28,152 bases of DNA from an uncultured Rhodopirellula sp. (GTDB lineage: Bacteria; Planctomycetota; Planctomycetia; Pirellulales; Pirellulaceae): the NCBI GenBank assembly GCA_964007735.1, contig CAXGAI010000002.1, positions 124,001 to 152,152 on the forward strand. The letters run 5' to 3'. Under the pieces are notes generated by a model, which was not told where the DNA came from, made no database searches, and saw nothing but the letters and a program-made list of their open reading frames with translations. Positions 19,723 through 28,152 of this stretch are shown piece by piece. The translations under genes and the position numbers were made by a program. How positions within the stretch are numbered: the stretch's first letter is position 1; every line of letters begins with the position of its first letter.

Positions 19723-20769
19723 ATGAACCGGGAAAAAATACTTGGGCCTTTAGAATCAGCCGATGACGATGACCGTTCACTCCGTCCCAAAAAGATGGGC
19801 GAGATGGTCGGTCAGCGTGAGGTATATGAGCGCCTGATGATTGCCGTCGATGCTGCCCGTAAGCGTGAAGAACCGTTAGGACACATCCTATTTGACGGTC
19901 CACCAGGCTTGGGTAAAACAACTTTTGCCACATGTATCCCACGTGAACTCGAAGTACCTATCGAGATGGCCACCGGCGCTTCGCTCAGGGCTCCGAAAGA
20001 TCTACTACCTTACCTAACCAATCTGCAGGAAAAATCAGTTCTGTTTATCGACGAGATTCATCGTATTCCAACAGCTGTCGAAGAATATTTATATACGGCC
20101 ATGGAGGACTTTCGAATTGATCTGATTCTAGGTGAAGGCGTGAATGCCCGTACCATGAACATGACGCTCAAGCCGTTTACGTTGATCGGAGCCACAACCC
20201 GAGCAGGTATGCTGACCGGTCCACTTCGTGATCGTTTTCAATTCCGAGAGCATCTGAACTTCTATACCGATGAAGAACTTACTGAAATCGTCAAACGCAA
20301 TGCCATTAAACTGAAGATGGACGTCGATGACGAATCCGCGTTAGAAATTGCACGTCGTAGTCGAAGTACTCCGCGTATTGCCAATAATCGTTTACGTTGT
20401 GTACGAGATTACTCGACTGCCAAAGAGAATGGCGAACTAACCCCAGAAATTACTCTGAAAGCACTCGAAATGTGGGAGGTCGATGCCTTGGGACTGGATC
20501 GACTTGATCGTAAGTATTTAGAAACGATAACGCGAGTGTTTATGGGAGGTCCGGCAGGAATCGAGGCAATTGGGCACACAATGAATGTAGCATTGGACAC
20601 TTTGACCGATGAAGTGGAACCTTTTCTACTCCGTTCTGAACTAATTATTCGTAGTCCCCGAGGTCGTATGGTCACTCAAAAAGGGCTGGACCACCTCGGT
20701 ATCACCGATGTCTCTGCCCGCGATCTTAATCTGGAAACGCAACACGATTCGGACTCAGAGCCATCGTAG
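19723..20769 (+). CDS. ruvB: Holliday junction branch migration helicase RuvB
   Basis: SLRPK, GPPGLGKTT, LFIDEIHR, AMEDF, GATTRAG.L..PLRDRF, EVEPFL, SPRGR. Confidence 0.98.
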   Translation: MNREKILGPLESADDDDRSLRPKKMGEMVGQREVYERLMIAVDAARKREEPLGHILFDGPPGLGKTTFATCIPRELEVPIEMATGASLRAPKDLLPYLTNLQEKSVLFIDEIHRIPTAVEEYLYTAMEDFRIDLILGEGVNARTMNMTLKPFTLIGATTRAGMLTGPLRDRFQFREHLNFYTDEELTEIVKRNAIKLKMDVDDESALEIARRSRSTPRIANNRLRCVRDYSTAKENGELTPEITLKALEMWEVDALGLDRLDRKYLETITRVFMGGPAGIEAIGHTMNVALDTLTDEVEPFLLRSELIIRSPRGRMVTQKGLDHLGITDVSARDLNLETQHDSDSEPS

Positions 20770-21032
20770 TCTCGAATCACCCGTCAGCACTACTAAAAAA
20801 CCACCTAAACCATCCAAACTTGGACAGTTTGCCTCGATTTAGCTGGTTGACAGCTTTCAGATGCAGTTTTAGGATTAGTTCTTTACCTAAGGTCTTTGGT
20901 CGCCGACAGTAATGCGGTTGATCTCCTTGAAAGATTGTCAGAGAGTTCTTAGTGGTCAATTAGTGTTGGTTTGCACTGAAAAACCCATTAGTACCCTCGA
21001 TCTGTGAATCATTAATTACGTCAGGTGTAATC

Positions 21033-21221
21033 ATGGCGGTACCAAAAAGAAAACACTCCAACTCGCGTTCTAACAAGCGACGTAGCCACGACTTTCTAAC
21101 AAGTCGGCAATTGAGTCCTTGTAAAGCATGTGGCCATCCGATCCCTTCGCATACGGTATGCCCTCAATGTGGCATCTACATGGAAAAAGATCGACGATTC
21201 TCAGGCACCGGTGACGAGTAA
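21033..21221 (+). CDS. rpmF: 50S ribosomal protein L32 (zinc-ribbon form)
   Basis: MAVPKRKHSNSR..KRRSH with CKAC...HTVCPQCG. Confidence 0.97.
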   Translation: MAVPKRKHSNSRSNKRRSHDFLTSRQLSPCKACGHPIPSHTVCPQCGIYMEKDRRFSGTGDE

Positions 21222-21377
21222 TTGGAGCTAAGCTCTTAGAAGTTTGTGGTCTCACATACCGTTGCACGCTTCTCCGATTTGTTAGCAAAAATTGCTGGTA
21301 GATAGTTATTGAGAATCAAACATACTATTGAATCCTGATCTACTTTCTGCCCTACGGACGGTCCTCCGGATAGTTCT

Positions 21378-21410
21378 AAAAAACGGTCTCTATAGCGGAT
21401 CAGTTTTTTT
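21378..21410 (+). terminator. Possible weak intrinsic terminator between rpmF and fabD
   Basis: AAAAAAC-GGTCT...GGATC-A-GTTTTTTT; imperfect stem followed by a T7 tract. Confidence 0.3.
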
Positions 21411-21458
21411 ATGATTAGCCCTTCAATTCACGGATTCACACACAGGTATAAGTAACCT

Positions 21459-22370
21459 ATGAGTAAAGTCGCATTTCTATTTCCAGGCCAGGGAGCTCAG
21501 GCCGTCGGGATGGCTCAGGAGCTCGTCACCAATTTCCCCGCTGCCAAAGCACTATTCGATAAAGCCAGTGAAGTGTTGGGGTATGATCTTGCTGAATTGT
21601 GTATTTCTGGTCCGGCTGAGAAGCTGAATATGACGGACCATAGCCAGCCCGCTATTTTTGTAGCGAGTTTGGCCGCATTAGAAGCTTTGAAACAGGACAA
21701 TTCCATGTTAGTGGAATCATGTGCCGCAACGGCGGGACTAAGCCTTGGGGAATATACCGCGTTGGTTTTTGCGGACGTCATGTCTTTCGAAGATGGGCTA
21801 CGCGTTGTACAAGAACGTGGTTTAGCAATGCAGGCCGCTGCGGAACTAACCCAAAGTGGCATGGTCAGTATCGTCGGTTTGGAGAAAGATCAGGTGGGAG
21901 CATTGGTCGAACAGGTACGTCAGGAGGGTGAAGTACTGCAGTTAGCAAACTATTTATGTCCTGGCAACATCGTGGTTTCTGGTCATTCACAGGCCTGTGA
22001 GCGTCTGGAAGAACCCGCGAACGAGGCGGGAGCCCGCATGGTCATGCCACTGACGGTTGCAGGTGCTTTTCACACTACGCTGATGCAACCGGCTGTCGAG
22101 CGTCTAACCGGTGTTTTAGGGAATGTCACATTGCAGGCTCCCCGCATTCCAGTCATCTCAAACGTGGACGCTCAAGCTCATAGTGATCCGGAAGAAATTC
22201 GCCAGCTACTACTGCAACAGGTAGTCTCCCCTGTTCTTTGGGAAGATTCTATGAATAAGCTATTGGCTGATGGAACAGAGCAATTCTATGAAATTGGACC
22301 TGGGCGAGTCTTGCGCGGCCTGCTCAAAAGAATTGCTCGTAAAGTTCCCTGCGAAAACATCTCCTGCTAG
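21459..22370 (+). CDS. fabD: Malonyl-CoA:ACP transacylase
   Basis: FPGQGAQ, GLSLGEY (catalytic Ser), RGLAMQ, VAGAFH, SPVLW, EIGPGRVL. Confidence 0.97.
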   Translation: MSKVAFLFPGQGAQAVGMAQELVTNFPAAKALFDKASEVLGYDLAELCISGPAEKLNMTDHSQPAIFVASLAALEALKQDNSMLVESCAATAGLSLGEYTALVFADVMSFEDGLRVVQERGLAMQAAAELTQSGMVSIVGLEKDQVGALVEQVRQEGEVLQLANYLCPGNIVVSGHSQACERLEEPANEAGARMVMPLTVAGAFHTTLMQPAVERLTGVLGNVTLQAPRIPVISNVDAQAHSDPEEIRQLLLQQVVSPVLWEDSMNKLLADGTEQFYEIGPGRVLRGLLKRIARKVPCENISC

Positions 22371-22499
22371 AAGGAATCGCCTCTTCAATTGAGGCTGCAG
22401 ACACTGTTGTTATATATTCGACTCTCAGATTAGAATTAAGATCAATCGATCAATTCATCAGCAAAGAGTGGTGATGAAATTACATAGGAAGATGAGGAC

Positions 22500-23270
22500 A
22501 TGTCAGAAGAAAAAAATAACCATATCAACGTCGATCTGTCCGGCCAGGTAGCCATCGTCACCGGTGCTTCTCAGGGAATTGGGAAAGCATGTGCACTGGA
22601 TTTAGCACGTAATGGAGCACGAGTTGCTTGTCTTGCCCGAAACGCTGAAAAACTGGCTGCAACGGTCTCAGAAATCGAAGCTGTCGGAGGTCAGGCCGCA
22701 GCCTTTGCCTGTAGCGTTACAGATCGTGAAAGCGTTGACCGCGTCGTCGATCAAATCGCTGACGAATGGGGTAGCATCGACATTCTTGTCAACAATGCCG
22801 GGATCACTCGTGACACCCTACTTCCCCGAATGTCTGATGAAGAATTCGACACCGTGATCGATACCAACCTGCGTGGCGCATTTTTGTTTATGCGAGCTGT
22901 TTCCAGGCACATGATGTCTGCTCGCTATGGTCGAATCATCAATATGTCGAGCGTCTCCGGATTGCAGGGAAATGCGGGACAAACCAACTATTCGGCATCC
23001 AAAGCAGGCTTAATTGGAATGACGCGAAGTTTCAGTCGTGAAATTTCCCGTAGAAACGTCACGGTAAACTGTGTTGCTCCGGGATTCATTGTTACTGAAA
23101 TGACATCCGTACTCAGTGAGGACATTCTGAAACAGGCCAAAGCCGGTATCCCGGCCCGCAAACTGGGGCAGGTTGCTGACGTTGCCGCTTGCGTTACTTT
23201 TTTGGCCAGTGGTGCTGCCTCTTATGTGACAGGTCAAACTCTGACCGTAGATGGCGGAATGACAGGCTAA
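22500..23270 (+). CDS. fabG: 3-oxoacyl-ACP reductase
   Basis: TGASQGIG, NNAGITRD, GNAGQTNYSASKAG, VAPGFI.T.MT, VDGGM. Confidence 0.96.
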   Translation: MSEEKNNHINVDLSGQVAIVTGASQGIGKACALDLARNGARVACLARNAEKLAATVSEIEAVGGQAAAFACSVTDRESVDRVVDQIADEWGSIDILVNNAGITRDTLLPRMSDEEFDTVIDTNLRGAFLFMRAVSRHMMSARYGRIINMSSVSGLQGNAGQTNYSASKAGLIGMTRSFSREISRRNVTVNCVAPGFIVTEMTSVLSEDILKQAKAGIPARKLGQVADVAACVTFLASGAASYVTGQTLTVDGGMTG

Positions 23271-23350
23271 CAATACGATTACAAAGCCAATGGTTCACAA
23301 AAAATACGTTTTGGACAATCTTCAGAACACGAATTACCTCAGCTCTTACC

Positions 23351-23380
23351 TTGACCACTAGGGGCGAATTATTCTATTCT
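23351..23380 (+). promoter_or_regulatory. Putative acpP promoter TTGACC-N18-TATTCT
   Basis: Sigma70-like hexamers in the 218-nt fabG-acpP gap; motif match only. Confidence 0.35.
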
Positions 23381-23488
23381 GATATTTCCGAATACACATT
23401 TAATTCGCGGGTGTGAAGTACGGACGGTGGAAGGCGTCGGATGCCCCACAAGTACTCGCCCGCATACAAAACTACGAGGAGACCTCTT

Positions 23489-23719
23489 GTGTCAGTAGAA
23501 GCTAAAGTTATTGATGTAGTTGCCGAGCAGCTTGGTGTCGATAAAGACAAAATCACTCGCGACACTTCATTTGTAAACGACCTTGGTGCTGACTCTCTCG
23601 ACACCGTCGAGTTGATCATGGAGTTGGAAGAAGAATTCGACACAACCATTCCTGAATCTACGGCTGAGCAAATTCAGACCGTTGGTCAGGCAATTGATTT
23701 TCTGGAACAAAACAGTTAA
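23489..23719 (+). CDS. acpP: Acyl carrier protein (76 aa; start revised from 23441 to GTG 23489)
   Basis: GAGGAG SD at 23476-23481; [20 protein letters not shown] phosphopantetheine motif. Confidence 0.97.
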   Translation: MSVEAKVIDVVAEQLGVDKDKITRDTSFVNDLGADSLDTVELIMELEEEFDTTIPESTAEQIQTVGQAIDFLEQNS

Positions 23720-23738
23720 GCCAAGGCTGTAAATAGTA

Positions 23739-24980
23739 ATGAAACGACGAGTTGTCGTTACCGGCCTTGGGGTCGTAACGTCTTTAAGTCAGAAAGTCGA
23801 AGACCTATGGGCTCGACTACTAGCTGGCGAGAGTGGCATTCACCATCTTGAATGTGTTGAAACCGATTTATTCAAGGTCAAGATCGGTGGAGATGTTCAT
23901 GACTGGGATCCTTCTGGGATCATTGAACACCGAGAGGCCAAGCGAATCGACCGATTCACTCAGTTTGCTTTGGTTGCCGGCACGCAAGCAGTGGAAGATT
24001 CCGGTCTGGATTTCGAAAACGAAAATGTACATCGTTGTGGTGTCGTTCTTGGTTCCGGGATCGGTGGTCTGAACGAAATTGAGACACAAGTCGGACGCTT
24101 ACTTAACAAGGGTCCTGATCGTGTCTCTCCTATGACCATTCCGAAACTCATGCTGAATGCAGCTGGAGGAAATCTCGCTATCCGATTTGGACTGCGAGGT
24201 CCCAATTTTGCTGTAGCTACTGCCTGCGCGTCAGCTAATAACGCGATGGGCGATGCATTACAGATGATCCAAAACGGAATCTCTGATATTGTCGTCACCG
24301 GCGGTACGGAAGCAGCCATGACCGGCATGGGCATCAGTGCTTTTCAAAATATGAAAGCATTGTCACGTCGTAATGATGAGCCCGCCCGAGCTTCACGTCC
24401 CTTTGACGTTGACCGAGATGGATTTGTATTGAGTGAGGGAGCGGGAATTCTGGTCTTTGAAGAATTGGAACATGCTCTCGCGCGGGATGCAAAAATCTAC
24501 TGTGAGGTCATCGGTTATGGAGCAAGTTGCGATGCCGGTCATATTACACAACCCGATCCGGCAGGCATGGGAGCTAGCAAAGCCATGCAAAATGCACTGG
24601 ACGATGCCGCTATCGGGCCAGAAGACGTTCAGTATCTGAATGCCCACGGAACGAGTACTCCGCTGGGTGACAAAGCCGAAACACAGGCTGTCAAAGTAGT
24701 CTTCGGTAAACATGCTTACGGACTCAACATTTCCAGTACCAAAAGCTCACTTGGTCACTCCCTCGGAGCCAGTGGGGGAATTGAGTTGGTAATCACGGCA
24801 AAAGCAATTCAAAACCAACTCATCCCGCCAACCATTAATCTGGACAATCAAGATCCGGAATGTGACCTCAATTACACTCCGAATACTCCTCAAGAGCGCG
24901 ATCTGAATATTGCCATGAGCAATAGTTTTGGGTTTGGGGGACACAACGCATCCATCGTCGTTAAACGATTTATTCCTTAA
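23739..24980 (+). CDS. fabF: 3-oxoacyl-ACP synthase II
   Basis: Intact Cys-His-His triad: ATAC163AS, NAHGTST, TKSSLGH; NSFGFGGHN. Confidence 0.97.
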   Translation: MKRRVVVTGLGVVTSLSQKVEDLWARLLAGESGIHHLECVETDLFKVKIGGDVHDWDPSGIIEHREAKRIDRFTQFALVAGTQAVEDSGLDFENENVHRCGVVLGSGIGGLNEIETQVGRLLNKGPDRVSPMTIPKLMLNAAGGNLAIRFGLRGPNFAVATACASANNAMGDALQMIQNGISDIVVTGGTEAAMTGMGISAFQNMKALSRRNDEPARASRPFDVDRDGFVLSEGAGILVFEELEHALARDAKIYCEVIGYGASCDAGHITQPDPAGMGASKAMQNALDDAAIGPEDVQYLNAHGTSTPLGDKAETQAVKVVFGKHAYGLNISSTKSSLGHSLGASGGIELVITAKAIQNQLIPPTINLDNQDPECDLNYTPNTPQERDLNIAMSNSFGFGGHNASIVVKRFIP

Positions 24981-25000
24981 GGCGATCGGTACAACTATTC

Positions 25001-26311
25001 ATGACAGAGAATCAAACACGAATCGTCATCACTGGTCTTGGCCAGATTAGTGCGCTCGGTAATACAATCGAACAGCTTTCAGAAGCCCTAGATAGTCAGC
25101 AGTCCGGCATACGAACCCTTGAACAGATACCCTATGAACATCTAATCGCCTCCTATGGTGGTGAAGCATGGGGTTTTACTGGAAATATTGACAATTATGG
25201 TCCTCTGGAAAAAACGACGATGCGAGCTATCAAAAAAGGTAGCCGCCTTATGTGTCGTGAAATCCAAATGGGCGTCGCCTCTGCCCAACACGCTCTGAAT
25301 GACGCCGGTCTGAACCCGGAAGTCTACAACCCGGATCGAATCGGAATTGTCTATGGGTGCGACTATATTCTTAGTCATCCTCAGGAATTCCGAGAAGGAG
25401 TGCGAGCAAGTCTTGGCGATGAAGGTAGATTTGAGTTCGACAATTGGGCCGAGAACGGAATGCCAAATCTAAATCCTCTGTGGCTTCTCAAATACCTCCC
25501 CAATATGCCGGCCAGCCATATTGGTATCTACAACGACCTACGAGGTCCAAGTAATTCACTGACAATGCGTGAAGCTTCTTCCAACCTCGCGATTGGCGAA
25601 GCAATTGGCACCATCGAACGAGGTGATGCCGACTTGATGATCTCGGGTGCCACGGGAACCAGAATTCACCCCCTAAGAACTGTCTACGTCAATCGTCAGG
25701 AAGTTTTAGCTTCTAACCGATTCGAAGCTGATAAAGCTTCCCGTCCGTTTGAAAAAGATCGTGAAGGTATGGTCATTGGGGAAGGCGCAGGATCGTTTGT
25801 CCTTGAGCGATTGGAGCATGCCCTCGAACGCAAAGCCAAAATTTACGGGGAAATTGTCGGTTTTGGTTCATCCACGGTTATCAACACTGATTTTACACCT
25901 CAGTTTCAGCAGGCTATCTCCAATGTCATTGAACAGGCCTTGAGTGCCGCGGGAATGACTGCCGACGAAATCGGCCATATAAATGCACATGGGATCTCCA
26001 AAATCGAAACAGACCGTGCGGAAGCCAAAGCAATCCAGGCTGCTTTTGGTAACCAAAAGCCTGTTGTAGCACTTAAAAGCTATACTGGAAATATGGGAGC
26101 CGGAAGCGGAGCCGTTGAGCTGATTGGTAGCCTCGAAGCTCTCAGAAAAGGGGTCCTCTTCCGCACGTTAAACTACGATACTCCCGATCCGGAATGTGAT
26201 ATCAATGTCAGTAACGCCACCGATATCCCTTCTGGCAACAGCTTTATTAATCTGAGTGTCACGCCACAAGGTCAGGCCAGCGCGGTAATCGTCAAAACCT
26301 ACGAAAGCTAA
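25001..26311 (+). CDS. Non-canonical beta-ketoacyl synthase-fold protein (FabF paralogue lacking the catalytic Cys)
   Basis: KAS II fold motifs IVITGLG, RPFEKDREGMVIGEGAG, INAHG; TMRE191AS replaces ATACAS and KSYTGN364 replaces KS..GH. Confidence 0.9.
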   Translation: MTENQTRIVITGLGQISALGNTIEQLSEALDSQQSGIRTLEQIPYEHLIASYGGEAWGFTGNIDNYGPLEKTTMRAIKKGSRLMCREIQMGVASAQHALNDAGLNPEVYNPDRIGIVYGCDYILSHPQEFREGVRASLGDEGRFEFDNWAENGMPNLNPLWLLKYLPNMPASHIGIYNDLRGPSNSLTMREASSNLAIGEAIGTIERGDADLMISGATGTRIHPLRTVYVNRQEVLASNRFEADKASRPFEKDREGMVIGEGAGSFVLERLEHALERKAKIYGEIVGFGSSTVINTDFTPQFQQAISNVIEQALSAAGMTADEIGHINAHGISKIETDRAEAKAIQAAFGNQKPVVALKSYTGNMGAGSGAVELIGSLEALRKGVLFRTLNYDTPDPECDINVSNATDIPSGNSFINLSVTPQGQASAVIVKTYES

Positions 26312-26484
26312 ATCTTCTCAAATGCAAGATTCTCATTTGTTTTGAGTGTAGCATTCCAATAAGTCATTGTTTTTACGGTCTGGCCCTCTAAATTCCAGAT
26401 GCTCCAACCTTCCAACTACTCGGATTGTACTGATTTTGCTAGATTTTGGTCTAGCTAGTGAGCAATTCTTAGAGCTTCTACAGG

Positions 26485-26513
26485 TTGACACTTTCTGTTT
26501 TCAGAGGTACTCT
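26485..26513 (+). promoter_or_regulatory. Sigma70-type promoter for the nusA operon
   Basis: Perfect TTGACA (26485-26490), 17-nt spacer, TACTCT (26508-26513). Confidence 0.7.
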
Positions 26514-26645
26514 GAATAAGATTCAACCCTCAAAAATAGTAGGTGCGTGTATGTCCTAAAGACAACCACTTAAATTGAGTGCGCGGAATATCCGCCCGGC
26601 ACACGTGTAAAACGTGTTTAACGCTTATATAGCAGTGTTAGATGC

Positions 26646-26749
26646 CAAAAACTGCCGGCGGTTGGGATATTTTGAATGTCTACTAAGACAAGGCTGTATT
26701 CAGCAATGCTTAGTAGATGTTGGAAATAAACTAGCCGACGGCATTTTTG
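26646..26749 (+). ncRNA. Long imperfect RNA hairpin in the nusA 5' leader (cis-element or sRNA; family unassigned)
   Basis: Nested stems CAAAAA/TTTTTG, TGCCG/CGGCA, CGGTTGG/CTAGCCG, TATTTT/GAAATA, AATGTCTACTAAG/CTTAGTAGATGTT, GCTG-TATT-CAGC; the G-U pairs favour the + strand. Confidence 0.55.
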
Positions 26750-26830
26750 TTTGTGTCGACGAAGAATCAAAAACATAGCGTTTATGGCGTCTTATGGGAC
26801 GTCAAACACACGAAAAAAGGTTTAAATCCG

Positions 26831-28152
26831 ATGGATCCAGATCAAATTCTGCGTATCGTTGATTCGCTTCACCGCGATAAAAATATCGATACTGAAGTTG
26901 TGTTCCGAGCAATTGAATCAGCTTTTGCTTCTGCTGCTCGACGGCAATATGGTGATACATCGGATGTTTTAGTGACTGTAGACCGTGATAACGGGTCACT
27001 TTCAGCCACGCTCGACGGTGAACCATTAGACCCGGCTGAAATGATCGGCCGTATTGGTGCTCAGATGGCTAAACAGGTCATCATTCAGAAAATTAGAGAA
27101 GCTGAACGAGATTCGCTGGTGGAGGAATTCCATGAACTAGAGGACCAGATTGTTAACGGATCGGTCCAACGTGTGGAAAACTCATTGATCACGGTTCAAT
27201 TGAGCAATGTCGAAGCGATCCTCCCACGAAGCGAACAGATCTCAGGTGAATCTCATCACAGCGGTGAACGCATCCGTGCAATGGTTTGCGAAGTCCGCCC
27301 ACAGGGCACTCGCGTTAAGGTGGTCCTAAGCCGAACACGCCCCCGTTTTGTACAACGTCTGTTCGAACAGGAAATTCCTGAAATCTCGGAAGGCGTAATT
27401 TCGATCAATGCCCTATCTCGCGAACCCGGGTACCGCAGTAAAGTTGCGGTAAGTAGTACCGACAGCCGTGTCGACTGCGTGGGTGCTTGTGTCGGAGTAC
27501 GTGGTAACCGGATTCGCAGTATTGTCGACGAATTAAACGGTGAAAGAATCGATATTGTTCGATGGGATGACGATCCGGAAGTTATGATTCCGAATGCTTT
27601 ACAACCAGCCGAAGTTGATCAGGTATTGCTCTGTGATATGATTGGTCGGGCCATCGTTCTAGTTCGAGAGGATCAACTGTCACTGGCAATTGGTCGGCGA
27701 GGTCAAAATGTTCGTTTGGCTTCGAAACTCTGTGGCTGGGATATCGAAATCATGACCGCTGAAGAGCTGGATGAGCAAATCGATCGAGCTGTGACTGGCT
27801 ACTCAGCCCTTGATGGTGTTAATGACGATCTAGCTGCGGCGTTGGTGGAACAGGGTTACCTGTCCTATGACGATCTGTCGGTTATTGAACCCGATGCCTT
27901 GGCTGAAATGGGTGGGCTGTCAATGGAACAAGTCGACCACATTGTGGAGCAAGCCGAGACTCGTGCAGAAGAAGCTGAAGTAGCAGCTGTGGAAGAACGA
28001 GAACGCCAAAAGGCAATCGCGGCTGCTGAAGCAAAAGCCCAGGCACAAAAGGATGCGGCCGCCGCAATTGCTCAAGCCCAAGCCCCTGCAGAAGAAGAAG
28101 CCCCTGCAGAAGAAGAAGCCCCTGCAGAAGAAGAAGCCCCTGCAGAAGAAGA
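26831..28152 (+). CDS. nusA: Transcription elongation/termination factor NusA, 3'-truncated by the window end (absent from the ORF track)
   Basis: My translation from ATG 26831: [20 protein letters not shown]..., [83 protein letters not shown]; no stop seen before the window end. Confidence 0.97.
   Translation, partial: MDPDQILRIVDSLHRDKNIDTEVVFRAIESAFASAARRQYGDTSDVLVTVDRDNGSLSATLDGEPLDPAEMIGRIGAQMAKQVIIQKIREAERDSLVEEFHELEDQIVNGSVQRVENSLITVQLSNVEAILPRSEQISGESHHSGERIRAMVCEVRPQGTRVKVVLSRTRPRFVQRLFEQEIPEISEGVISINALSREPGYRSKVAVSSTDSRVDCVGACVGVRGNRIRSIVDELNGERIDIVRWDDDPEVMIPNALQPAEVDQVLLCDMIGRAIVLVREDQLSLAIGRRGQNVRLASKLCGWDIEIMTAEELDEQIDRAVTGYSALDGVNDDLAAALVEQGYLSYDDLSVIEPDALAEMGGLSMEQVDHIVEQAETRAEEAEVAAVEERERQKAIAAAEAKAQAQKDAAAAIAQAQAPAEEEAPAEEEAPAEEEAPAEE
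28082..28152 (+). repeat. Perfect 18-bp coding tandem repeat GCCCCTGCAGAAGAAGAA (APAEEE), at least 3.9 copies
   Basis: Copies start at 28082, 28100, 28118 and 28136 (last one truncated); in frame with nusA. Confidence 0.95.

Noticed and set aside
19657..19730. GAAC-C-GTTC and GTTC-AT-GAAC as LexA/SOS boxes between ruvC and ruvB
   Set aside because: Spacing does not match the GAAC-N4-GTTC box, and such short palindromes arise by chance.
23441..23488. ORF-track N-terminal extension of ACP
   Set aside because: GTG 23489 with a GAGGAG SD gives a normal 76-aa ACP.
25001..26311. Second ketosynthase as a pseudogene
   Set aside because: Full-length, uninterrupted, operonic and with structural motifs retained; the substitutions look specific rather than degenerative.
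344..28067. Numerous 60-136 aa alternative-frame and antisense ORFs in the track
   Set aside because: They lie within or largely overlap well-supported genes, or lack motifs and SD sequences; consistent with shadow ORFs.
28082..28152. Terminal repeat as a CRISPR array
   Set aside because: Head-to-tail 18-bp units with no spacers, in frame within nusA, and no cas genes in the window.

Overview
A mostly housekeeping 28 kb region. Protein sequence style and gene order suggest a Planctomycetota, probably Pirellulales-like, genome (inference). Contents: ftsY; a minus-strand polA-coaE-rho-ribH-nusB block; a membrane-anchored coiled-coil/BRCT-like hypothetical protein; a 7-gene ebo-like cluster (small hypothetical, TatD/EboB-like, 3-gene ABC-2 exporter, UbiA/EboC-like prenyltransferase, EboF-like alkaline-phosphatase-superfamily enzyme); ispF-cysS; ruvA-ruvC on the minus strand with ruvB divergent; rpmF-fabD-fabG-acpP-fabF plus a second, catalytically altered ketosynthase; and a 3'-truncated nusA (missing from the ORF track) that ends in an 18-bp tandem repeat. 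I found no mobile element, CRISPR array, rRNA or tRNA. Best leads: (1) a FabF paralogue with Cys->Glu and His->Asn active-site changes in a fab cluster lacking fabH/plsX; (2) the ebo-like cluster with an embedded ABC exporter and no eboA/D/E; (3) a long G-U-rich RNA hairpin in the ~310-nt nusA leader; (4) an apparent local inversion of ruvC-ruvA; (5) a recurring short-spacer promoter-like motif.
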